In this document: piece after piece, positions 11,851 to 24,199 of the stretch
Position numbering within the stretch: the stretch's first letter is position 1
Layout of the letters: the number at the start of each line of letters is the position of its first letter
Origin: Raillietiella orientalis
Taxonomy: Eukaryota
Assembly: GCA_036172245.1 (NCBI GenBank)
Contig: JAYWIR010000003.1
Location: forward strand, 2,542,001 to 2,606,000
Direction: 5' to 3'
DNA: 64,000 bases
The notes under the pieces: generated by a model
What the model was told of the DNA's origin: nothing
Seen by the model: the letters and a program-made list of their open reading frames with translations, nothing else
The model's database searches: none
Position numbers and translations under genes: made by a program

Positions 11851-14800
11851 GCAACGAATCGCTGTCACATTTATAACAAAACTTTCGTGTCAACGAAACT
11901 TTGAACTTTTCGCCCACCCTTCACGGAATATCAAAGCAAACCCGCTTAGGCAGATCTTTCTCGTGACATTCGTCCAGGGGGTCGCGCGATTTGGGACCAC
12001 TTCGCCAAGTGGTCAGTGTCGAGAAATCTTTCCCGGAAAGCGCTTCCATAATTCTAATCCCACTGCGAACACGAGCGGCTCATCTGTTTTCATATTGGGA
12101 AGTAAGGAAGGCAGCTTCCGATCCTCAGCCGCCCGATGGCTATTTTGAGGATACGGAACTGGGTGGGAAGACCCGACTGAAGATAAAGTCGCAACTGTGA
12201 TCACTCTCAAAAATCGCCTGAGAGGTCAGGGCGGGGGGGTGGGGGAATGCTGCTGGGCTATTTCGACTTCCCTGGGATGAAATCCTGGAGGTCGGGACGT
12301 GTTGCATCTCTCCGCGACGCAAAAGTGATTACCGTAATTCTAAACAGGCAAGAATTATTACAATAGTTCTTGTCAGTTTCTATTTCATTCCGCCGCCATC
12401 AATTCAGATTTGTAGGGCATCAGCTTTCTTTAATCCTTTGAGGAATATTTTTCCGAGAAGCTTCCACTTGGTTTTTGGGAACCCCATGGGATAGATATCC
12501 TGACTGGCATTGGCATTTTTGGGAAGAGCTTCGCATCTTTCTAATTACTTTAGCATGTTTTAAACCCGTGAATGCTAGGAGTTGCTGGGAAATTCCTCCA
12601 GACGTTAGGATTTCTCAGCCTCTCCGGAATTCCATTTTCTCAAATTTGCTTGAATGGAGTTTTATCAAAATCTTAGAATGGCGCTGCTTATTGACGATCT
12701 CATTAAGACGGCAATTTCTCTGTAAGTCATTCCGCTTTGCATTACAAAGGACACGCTGGTAGCGAAGTCATTCCTGTTCAACACGGAACGCGTCGAGGAA
12801 ACCTGATCAATCATTCTGGGAATCCACATCCACGGTGAACCTGTAAGCAAAGCTCAGCGGTGCGTTTTCAAAGGCAAACATGGTGGACAGCCGAATGGTC
12901 CACACACCAGAGTGACTCCATTCACTGTCCCTCTTCGTCACTTCTGGAAAATGGCACAGGATGTTCTTCCTTCTGCAACGCGGGGAGGAGTTTACATCTG
13001 ATCGTCAGCCCAGGAAGCGGTCCAATGATCGAGGGACAGTCAGGCATCGCTTGCACTCTGTGAAAAAGGGTTGATGGATACCAGCAAAGAGGTAAAAATG
13101 AAGAAATAAATGCAGAGGTTGAGGAAAACAGGTTGCTGCAATTGCATTGTCTCTGGAGGTGCTTCCGGTCTGCAAAATTCGTTGGTTTTGCCGATGTTAG
13201 TTGTTGGAGTCTGCAAACCTATGGACCCTCTGTGAAGGAAACACACCGGCAACCAGGAAAGCAAGAAAGTCTGTCGGCCACCCTACGGATCATGGCAATT
13301 GTTGCGCAGCATCCAGAAATCCCGACGCCGCTGGTCTTTGAGAATGCCCTCAGCCTCAACTTCCTCCTTGCGACTGACCAAACCCCGAGGAAATTCTGCC
13401 AAAATTAGCTTTTCGAAATTTTGCGATGCAATTTTTCCAGAAAGCCGATCCTCGGGAGAATGGGCTTTCGGAAGACGTTATCCTGGGCGTCGGTTCCTGA
13501 TGGGCGCGGCGTTTGCCTTTGGCAAGAAGCGCGCTCTTGGACGAGGAAGCGGTTCCGCGCGCGCCACGTGGATGGGAAGCAGCTTCGGATGGACGGCGCG
13601 GCTCGGTGAAATCCGTGGACAGGACGCGGAACTTCGCCCACACCAAATTACCCCCGCGATGAGACGTTTTTTTCGCCCCTCGAACGATTCGTCTGCCATT
13701 TCGCTGCCTCCAAGCACCTCGTAAAGTTCTTGAACTTCACGGAAGGACATAACTCGGTTTGCACTGCGCCATCTTGCGTAATTGTTTCAGTTTAATTATT
13801 TCAGATATTCGGATCAGAATTCCGCCGCTTCCGAGGAGGCGTTGCTTTCATTGATCAGTACCCAGCTTCGTCTTTGCGCAGCATCACTCGCAGAGCGCAT
13901 CGCACGAACGCACGCGGCGCGCGTCGAAACCCTCTCCCCTCCCCTCTCCGCCCCCCTCTTCCCCCAAAAAGAAGGCTTTTTTTTTTTTTTTTCTACTTTT
14001 TCTTCTTCTTCTTCTTCCTCTTTTGTTCTTTCTTTCCATAGTGAATTAAATTGCACCTGCGCGATTATTTTCTCCAGAAAGTTCTGTACGATTTCTCGAC
14101 CCAGCCGTGGAAGCATCCGGCGTCCTGTGACTTGCGGGGCTTTCTTCCGGAATGGGAGCGGGGAAAAACTGTTTGGGGAAACGTCTGCACCCGCGAACCT
14201 GCGCATTAGTGGAAGGCATGGCTCATTGGGGAGGATGGTAGGGAGGGGGAGGAAATTCAAACATCGCTTCGCTTAGCAATTTGCTGCATCTCTGCGAATT
14301 CCATTACGGAAACAGAATAAACACTTCCTGGCAAGCAAAACCATGCATGAGTGTATTTTCCATTTTTATTGTCAGTGAAACAAAGAGTGATGGAACTGTT
14401 GAGATTCAGTTTAATTTCTCTTTCAGGTTCCTGATGCAGCTCGCGACCATATTGCCTTTTAGCCGCATGGTGCGTCATATAAATAGGTCTGGAAAAGGGG
14501 AATCAAATTATACTGAACACGAACAAAAGTCTTACGAGAAGAAAAAAAATAAAAATAAAAATAAATAAATAATGAGGCAGGATGCAATTGCCTTGGACGC
14601 GTGGAGGTTCGAGAGAGGAATCGGAGGAGTGAGAGAAGAGGACAGCCAGCTTCAGGGTCTCATGCATGGAAAACACCAAAGAGTGACCACCACCCATCCT
14701 GCCGAGGTGCGTGTCCTCGGCTGGAAAGCCAGAACGGGCATCCTCGAAGTTTCTTTACGGAGAGAAGGTTCCGTTCGTGGAAAGAATTTTCACGTTCCGG

Positions 14801-17800
14801 ATGGCACCACGAGCTTTGGTTCCTCATGAATGAGGGACGACGGTCGTCTGGCTGAGGATCGGACATGACAGCGGTTGCCGAAAAGGCGAAGAAGAGACCA
14901 GCCAGCCTCTCTTCCCAAACATGTGCCACTGATTTATCATGTTTCATAGGGAAGGTCGCTATTCTTTCATCCCCAAAGTGTTAAGTGTTAACCCCAGTTC
15001 CACTCGCAAATCAGGGAGGGCTTCTCTTTGGTCCGCAGCGTCGTGTCCCCGGAATCGGTCACATCGATCGGGACGTCTGCCGCTGATCCGAATTGGAGGA
15101 AGCTGCGTTCGGCACGTGTCGGATCACGAAAGCACCCGTTGGAAGTTTGAAGAATTCCTCCCACCGCAAGCGGAAGATGCTGCAGCCGTGGCACTCTGGC
15201 GAGGAGGCGTTGTCCACACCAGAGGCTTGGAAAGTTCTGCGTGCGCGACATGCGCTGCCCGTGAGCGACAGTCTTCACGTTCGGCTGTGCCGAAAGACTG
15301 CCCTTACCGGACGGCCGCCCTTTTTTTTTGTGTTTTTTTATGGGTGACCGAAGAGCTCGCAGACGGTCGGCAACAGGAGGCAACTAAAGTCGAAGATGTA
15401 CGCTCGGCTTGTTGAGGAAAAAAGTGCTCCAAAAGCATAGCCTCGGAAGATGTGCTTAGGTGGCTGCAAGAAAATGCGCGGCTGCACTCATCAGTAGCTC
15501 CGCTGGTGCGAGTCAGTGAGAGAGCACGTTCCAAGTGATGAGCAACTGTATCCAACAGCAGCCGGACAAGAAGGAGGGATGAGAAGGATGCGCTCACGAG
15601 ATTCGCACGCTGTCGAGATGATAGCTCGAGCCTTCGTTTCCGCGGCTCGCTCGTCAGGCTGGCAATCTGTTGACCTAACTCGCGACTAGAACGGGGAGTC
15701 CATCGTCCACCCGAGTTCCGGGAAACATGGTGGGTAGGGAGGGAGGGGGGTGGTGAGAGAGCATGTGAGGGAAAAGTCGAAAGCGAGAGGTAACACCGTT
15801 CGATAAATCAGCCGTGTTGCGAGGGAACACACTTGCTCTCCCATGAAAAATTCCGAACTGCCGTTCGCGTCTCAGTGATAAACGTGGCCCAGGAACTGCG
15901 GGTTCACTCCAACGAATCGGCAATCCGTTCGCTTCTTTCCGTTGTTTTCTTGGTGTCTCAGCAAACATGTCGCAGAACACCATGCACTTCCTTATTAACG
16001 AGTGAGTTATGAGCTCCGCCTTCCAGAATCAGATAATCTGGAATTTCCTTCGGATGCAAAGACTCGGATGCGGAGGAAAGTCGCTTCGAAGTTTATCACG
16101 AGTTTATGAGGAACAAGGGACAGCTGAAAAGACTAGGCACCGGCGTCGAAACGTCTCCTCAACAGAAAATTATCGGAGATCAAAAGTCCTCCCCCTACCG
16201 CTTCTGGAACCCCGTTTTGCTTTGTTTTTTGTCTTTCGCTCTTTGCCCCGTTCCTCAATTCTCCACAAACTTCATTCTAAAGCAATGACTGTTTCTTTTT
16301 TTCCTTTTTTTCCCCAACTCTCCCTCCTCTTTGGCTCAGAGAGTCATCCCGGTTGAAATTGGCGGTAGGTAAGGGACGCGAGGGGAGGGCTCGCGAGCGA
16401 GATGCCCCCCCCCCATCGACGCGCGCGTGCCCTTGTATTCCCTTCACAGTCTGCGTATGTGAAAGCGCGCTTACGTTCCGAGGGCTTCCATCTTTCCCGG
16501 GGACTCCGAAACAAATGTCTCCCACTCCTTTCTCCCAGTGAGTCACTTTTCCCGCCACGCGTTCGAGGAGATTCCCGGAGCAAACTGCCAGTTGCGAGGT
16601 CTAATAAGTGCAACTGTTTGCCTGGAAACAACCGCATCATTTGCTTGTTAATTGTTTAATAGGTGGAGCAGTAAAATCCCCAATAAACTTCTACGACACC
16701 ATCGGAACACGGGCGGAGTGAGGCGCGCGCAGCCATCTACGGCCACCTTGCATTTCAGCCTAACCCTTACGCTTTTTTTCTCCCCTCCCCCTCCCCCATA
16801 TAATAATAATTGAGCGTGTGTGTGTGTGTGTGTCACCTGCCCTCCAGGAAGCAGAATGAAACCCTGGCCGTTGCTGCTGCCCTGTTGCATTAATTATTCA
16901 CTGCCGGTGTGGAGTTAGCGCTTTAGGAAAGCGGGCATCTCCTTCAGGAGTAGAGGAATCAGATGATTGCAATTTTACGATGGATCGACGCGGAGATTCG
17001 CGTTGCTGATGACAGGAGCCTGCGAATCTGTACGTTTCATGCGATATTGATGGAAAATGCATGCGAAGTAGCATTTAGCCACATTCGTCTCGGATGGTGC
17101 CTAGAATGGCAGAGTGAGAGGATGGGGAACTACCACTCTTGATTTAATGCAGCCATAAAATCAACGGAAGACAAGTCGGAAATTCTGGGAGAAAAAAAGG
17201 AAAGAAAGAAAGAGGGAAAGACAAAGCGGCAAAGTTGCTGTGCACACGCGGTGCTCATCCATCTCCCTAATCATCAATACGGAAGCATGTTGCAGAGATC
17301 CCCGCGTTGCATACATTACATCGCACCACGCCACACTCCCTGCATCCCAGATGCTACAGTTTCTCCTCTTCGCCGCGTTCTTCCGATACGAATCCTCAAG
17401 CGTCGTGAAGCTGTGATTCGTGCGCGCAGCCTCCGCGGAATTCCTAGAGCCGTTGCTGCCTGATTTTCTGAGCCTCCTTTGATTAACGGCTGACTGGATA
17501 TTCAAAAAGATAAAAGGGGAATGCTCAGGCGAAAATGAATGATGACTTCTGTCGAGGTCAGTGGGACTGACGACATTTTAATAAACGGGCAGCAAGTCAT
17601 CTTGAGCGATTTCGGAATGATTGCGACTCCCACGCCGGTAGAAGAGAGCAGTTCTGGTTTTCGGGAGCGCACATCGCCCAACACGTGGCCGCCGAGTACC
17701 TCTTGCAACTCTCGTTTTTACTTCTCACGAAGGACGAGCATCGTCTCTCGAGTTCCTTGGAGCGATGCTTCTTGCGCCTTCGAACGCGTCGCCCGAGTTG

Positions 17801-20800
17801 TTTTTGTAGGAAATGACGTCGAAACGAACTCGTAAAGCAAGGAAAATTCCCAAAGAATTCTTGCGCTGCGTTTTGGATGTTCTTAATTAAATTTCTGCCT
17901 CGGGTTTCCATGGCTATTTCTGGAGCTTGGAATCCGCAGGCATCACCGCGCCTCCGAGTCTGCATGTAAAGTCTTCAGCTGCCACTCAGTGCACTCCGTT
18001 AGATCTGATGTTCAAGGAGCGTGTAAGAGTAAGTGAAATTGCTTTTCGCATTTGGGTCGGCGAATGCCCAGCAACACTCCATCTATCGTCTCGGAAACCA
18101 AAAAGGATCACCCTGCTGCTAACATCCAGATCAATAGCAAACAAGTAGGGCCCGTTCCTGTGTGAGCCCGGAGTTTCGCGCTCGATGCAGTGGTGGGTGG
18201 GAAGCCCCTCTATATGGAAAGGACGAATCTGGCAGGTCCAGGGTGTATCAGGAATTTGTTGCTGCACCAACGGACTGTAAGAACCACGCGAGGATTGCAG
18301 CCAAACACAGACCTCCACCAACGTTTTGCTTCCGCTGATGCTGAGAAATCTTTCCGCGCCAAGAGATGTTCTCTACGGAGCTTGGGGGGACATTTCTTTG
18401 ATCGCGTTACGTGCCGATATCATCTCCTAATGTCCGGTGTTTATTTGTAAATGATAATGGATTCCCTCGAGCCACCCAATGTGTGCTTGCGTGTTTCCAA
18501 TTTCCACGATTCAGAATGTGGCAAGCTGAGATGCATGCGCGAGTGAGAAATGCCCAGGCTTGAGGAAGCGCACCAGCTGCTGAGCTCACATGAAAAGACC
18601 CCGGCATCGGGGGAAAGAGGAAAAAAAAACAAAAAACAAAATGGAATGCGCTTTTTCGCGTCTCCCGATGCCCAACATTTCGGCCCACGCTCCCTTCCTT
18701 GCGCCTTTGATTCCTCAGGATGCTACAGGAGCCCTCATCGTTCGTATCGCCAAATTCAAATTCCCGGTTGATGGACCACCAAGTTCACATTTTTTCTCTT
18801 TTCAGGCTCGCTTTGTGCAGTGGGTCCGGACTCGAAGAAGAATACACTTTGCTAGGTGTCCGCTATGGGGACCTGGCGGCGGGTTGATGGCTAGCGAGAA
18901 AGGTCACAGGTTTTGGATCTGCGTCTTCTTCGTGCGCGCGCCCTAGCGAGAAAAGGGCGCGAGTCCAACTTGGTAGCTACCTATCCGTGACGTGAGTCGA
19001 AAGTGTAAGAAAGACTGCGGCATTTAAAAATACGGAAACGGTGGTTTGTATGTGCCCCTTGAAACACACGTCATTTCACGTGAAGATGCGTCCGTGACTT
19101 GTCAAGGACTCGGTAAAAAGCAAGCGTGAAATTTGTAGATGTTCGGAATAAAATTTTAATAACGGGCTTGAAAACGATCCCATTTCATCAGGGTGGAGGC
19201 ATCTTAAGGGAAGGAATCCGGCTATTTAGCGAAATCATCATAAATGCTCTGGGAACGATCACTCGGAATTCATGAATTCGTGATTGCAGAGTAACAGATG
19301 ACTCCACGTGTTATTCCGACCACTCTACGTGATCTGAAACTTCTCGTTTCTGCAAATTGCGGAAATCACGTCTTGTGTTCAAGCTTGAAGGAAAGGAAAA
19401 AAAAAAAAAAGAAAAAAAAAAGGGTCCTAAACCAGCCAATCATTTGCTGAACAACCGTTGCATCGAGCGAAGGTCGATCTGCGACGCGCACAATTAGGGT
19501 GGCATCGGGCAAATCCCAGCGAATCCTACGAAGGAATCGATTTTTGCATCATCAGATGGATTCTCAAGGAACGCGTCTCAGAATACGCGGATTCGATCAT
19601 CCGCGTCGTGGGACCGGGGATCTCCCGAAACGAGAGGACGCGGGCGTTTGCGTGAGCAGCTTCAAGGTGTGCAGCTCCAGCGAAGGAGTTCATTGCTGCT
19701 GCAGCTCCAGAAGGGAACCTGTAGGGCTGCGGTGTTCTGCTAATTCGGCAAGGAAGACCAAACGGAAAGGTGAAAACAAGAGTTCCTCCGCCAGCTGGCC
19801 CAAGGATCCAAAACCTGCAGGGCAACCGTGGACCAACTCTTGCCTAGCCAACGCATGGAAGCTGCGAGCCGGGGGGCAGCCTACGGTTTCTTTCTGAAGT
19901 CCGGGTTCCGGTCACGTGGTCCTTGGGTCCGCGAACCCCAGTGGCGCAGGGCTTCCTGCCCTGAGTGACACCGGAGGATCGAGGAAGCAAGAGGTGACCA
20001 GTTCTTTGAGAGCAAGGAGGACCTCCTCGTTGAAAAAGAAGTACCCTCTTATCTCAAGCTTCCCCGCTGCTCGTATTTCATCGAGAGGGATTCCAAATTA
20101 TCGTGAAGTATTTGATACTGCTGGCACGTGAAATAATAATGATGATGAAACTGTTCTCGTTTCGCATCTCCCTCCATCGGAGCGAAGCAGCATCGTGTTA
20201 TTGTTTGTTGCTGTGGATTCTCCAAGGCAACTCCAAGCGGTGAACATATTTCTCGAGAGCATGTTTAGGAGACTTTTATGCTGTTTTTCACCAAGTGTAT
20301 CGTTTTAACAGCAACTTGATCTCCTTGAAAGTATCCAAAAGCGATGCGTAATGGTACTTTCATGCTGGAGCGGGGATATATGGAAATCTACTTGGAATTT
20401 GCTCGCAGGATTCGGAGCAAGCCATTGAGATGGATTCCTTGCGCACTGATTATCACATTCTGAACGGCACGCTTTTATCGCGGGGCACTTTCAGCCCGAT
20501 TGAATCACTGCAGCCTTTTTTCTCTTTCCATTTTTTTTTTTTCCTTTTTTTTTTTTTTTTTTTTCGAAGAGCATTTAACGAAACGACAGTCTTCCGTGTG
20601 CACTTGCTATTGCCGCTCAACTGCTCTCAAAGTAACAGGTCTCCGTTCTCTTCCTCATGCTCCCAGAGATAAAATTGTATTTTTAGTAGGCAACCCCCTC
20701 GTCTCGTCTTTATGAGGACTAATTCCAGCTGATTGCACAAGAGTTGTAATGGGGAGATATCGGATGATAAAAAATGCACTACCGAGTGACTGATCTGCCA

Positions 20801-22978
20801 TAAAGACGGTAGTGATCTGCATGACAGCGCCGAGTAAACAGATATCTCCTCAAGGCTCGTGAACTGTTCTGAACGATGATTTGAGCGTCCAAGTGGCGAG
20901 AATCTCACTAATTTTCTCATTTGCGCAGCTGTCCCGGAACCATGACAGAATCCCTTTGAGACCCTGCAGGTCCACGTGCCGTGGTACGTTTTCCTGTGAT
21001 CGAGAATTCCCCAGGCACAACCGATCGAAGGGACCTTTCCGAAGGAGGAAAAACCTCGAAAATGTCGCGAAGTGGGATTGGAGAAGTTCTCTGCCTCCAA
21101 ACGATCACTCTCCTACTTCGCCTGAGGTTGGCCAACGAAGGAGAGGCGCGTGACCCGAGAGGAACACGTTGGACGTCGTCCGCGCGAATTTCTCTGGTGC
21201 GATATTCCTCGGGGCCATGGCTTTGAAAAAAAAACCAAACTCGAAATCTGAAGGAGGCAGGCGGCCGCTGCTGAATTTTGGGGATAGCATGGAGGCAAAG
21301 TATCGCGAGGTATTCCCATGATTATTCCAAGTCAGACCGGGTGGCCTTCCGAGCGGAGCACCAGTTGCTCCACCCCTGCGCTGCTGCTTCAGAATTCCGC
21401 TCTTTCGGGGCAACCGAGCTCGCAGGAACTGAAGGTCTTCATGGTCATCGTTTGGCGTGAGCCATCCGAATCAAATGTGTCCTTGGTTGTTGGCACCGTC
21501 TTCTGTTTCAGAAGCCCCTACCAATCTCGACAATCGAAGTGCAAATGCTGATGACCTCTGATTATTCCTTCCTCTTCGCGATCCTGTGTAAAGATGCTGT
21601 TGATCTAGCTGAGTAGTGAAGGCGACCAGTTCGTGGACGAAATCGTTGTCACTTGGCCGCAGTCTACATGCGCGCAGTTTCACACATCCCATGCGTGAGA
21701 TTGACGCCTTGCAGTTGTTCTTTGAGCGTGGTCGTGTGCACATTTGGCTCACGTTTTTTTTCGCGTTCTCTGGATGATTCCATTCCAGAGGAAAGCTGGT
21801 GTGCATCTTCGATTCGGGCTTTCACGTTCATGTTGCAGTTCAGAGAATCGAAAGTCATGCTCTGTCTCGGCGAAGTTTCGAGAACTGAGGTCAACCTGCT
21901 GAAACATGTTTAGCCTCAAAGACGGATGCTATTCATGGTTGGCTAGTTACGCGATTCACAGTATCTGGAAATCCTCTGTTCCTCGTCGCGAGGCTCAAAG
22001 CGAAAATAAATCTGGAACGATAACAGAGCCTGTGCATTTTCCCAGCGGGAACCGATGCAGAACTTTCGAGCAAGACTTCCCTTCTTCTCCTTTCTTTGAA
22101 ACTTTACCGCCGAAAATTTTGCGCTTGTTTCTTGCAGCATCAGTTCGAGACATCATCTGCTTGACCGGATCGGATAATCTTGAGCCCTTCTCAGCATAGA
22201 CGAAGTTCTGTCAAGAAGGCATTCTGAATCCAGAGCTAATGAGGTGATTCGTATTGGGAACATCTAAATGAACCTTCCTATAGTGCGTGTCATGTGCCAC
22301 CGAATCAGGGACTCTGTGAGAGGGGAAATATCCTTCAGGGATTTCCTTTTATTTCTAGAAAGATGCATGGAATAGCCGAGAAGGAAAACCTCTCCATTAT
22401 TTCTTGCGCATGTGTGCCAGAAAGCTGATGAAACAGCTCCTGGAAGCCTTTCTTTTTTGTGCGAAGCAGCGGTAACTATACCAACCAGCGGATAGTGGAA
22501 GTTCTCTCCAAACCCGCAACGCGCGAGCACCTGGCACGCCTGTTTCCATTACTGCATCCCGTGCCAAGGACTCCGGAAATCAGCGAAAATCTAGTGGTAC
22601 CTAGTGATTCTCGTGGAAGATTGCCCTGATTTCTCTCACTCTTTGAAAACAGTGAAGGATCAGGTCGAAGGTGCATGGCTTTCTCTTTCCAAAGTGCTTT
22701 CTATTTTCGCAGCAATACGTACTAAAAAATGACTGATGCGATGCTGGCAAAAAAGGACAAGGAAAAAGGAATCGCGAAAGAAATAGCTTGAGGCGACGGC
22801 ACGTTGCTGCGGAAAGATGTGCTGTTTGATACAGGGCAAAATGGATTCGGAAGAAATAAATACTCGGCTGCCACCTGACTGCATCTCTAAATTTTCCACG
22901 ATATCTATCTTTCAGAGAAACTGAATACGTTTCCGTTTCATCCACATGCGCCTCTGTTCCGTTTCGCGTACCTCACAT

Positions 22979-22985
22979 ACACACA

Positions 22986-23016
<31 letters not shown>
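22979..23016. repeat. (AC)n microsatellite joined to a poly-A run
   Basis: Directly visible. Confidence 0.9.
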
Positions 23017-24199
23017 GGCAAACGATTTTCCTCAGGAAAATGAATTCGGAGTTTGGTGACATCGGAGGGAGGTCATTTGTTGAGGATGCCGCGAGCATAC
23101 TTCTTCTTTGCGATTTCGCAAGAGGCAGTCTTTACAGCGGAGCTGCCTGACGAGCAGCCATATGAAAAGGCCGCGGCTGCACTTTGCTGCCTGCCAGTCG
23201 AGGCAACCCTGCAGACGAGCTGGGAACAGCTTGTTCCTCGCATGCCTCCCTATCCTTCACGATCATCACACGCTGGGTTCATGAACCTTCTTCCTACTTG
23301 CAACATAGTGATTTCACGAGAAAGCCAAGTGGATTTCCATGCCTCCAATCTTTTTTTCTTTCTTTCTTTCTTTCCTTTTTTTTTCCTTTTCGTTTTTTTC
23401 AGCGGGCTTGCCCTATTGAATGAGTCGGGCTTTTGCAAGAAGTCTCCACGCTTTTTCCTTCAGCTGCTTTCTCGCTTGGGTGTCTCATTAGGAAAGGGAG
23501 GGAAAATTTCGAAGATGCCTTTTTGCATCTCTCGGAGCACAACGCATCTCACTGGGAAAAGCAGCGAGCTGAAGAGTTCGGCCTAAGAGCCTCCTGAGTT
23601 TCCATAGAAACAGGGAGAAAGGTCGAGATTTGGAATCCTGTGGATAGGATTGGGTCGAATGAGGGTCGAAGGACTTTGAAGTTTGAAAGGAAATTTTTTC
23701 AATACAGCGTGATTTTTTTTTGGGGGGGGGGGGAGAAGGGGGGTTCCGCCCTCCCCGTTTTCTCAAGATGCTTCCTATCCGAAAGCAATATGCTAATAGA
23801 GAGAGGAAGATGCTGGAAGATGTCCCTCTCTTTTTGGAGTCCTAGATGCATCCGTGATTAAAGCTGCAATAAATCAGAGCACTTGGAGGCATAGGCGGAT
23901 GTGGATGCTGCGAAAAGAAACGGTGCGTATACCACACGACGAAAGCGATGTCGAGGAATGCTGACTGCATCCATACCAACGCCATCATCACTCCGCATAT
24001 GGAAAGCCATCGATCTTAGAGCCCCATTACGAATGAGTAGCATCGCCATCTCTCGCACGGAATGGGAGAATGAATTCAGAAAGCAAAAATAGGTTCCGAT
24101 GAGAATTCTACGCCATCCCGATCGAGCAGAATCCATACGATCCGAAGGACGCAACATCATCTTCTTCAAGTGAATCCCTTCTGAAGCTGAGGATTCCCG

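Noticed and set aside
16770..17220. Minus-strand pyrimidine tract plus CAG acceptor (17186-17185) with possible donors near 16835 and 16770
   Set aside because: Could be a non-coding exon, but GA-rich tracts are abundant here and nothing else supports it.
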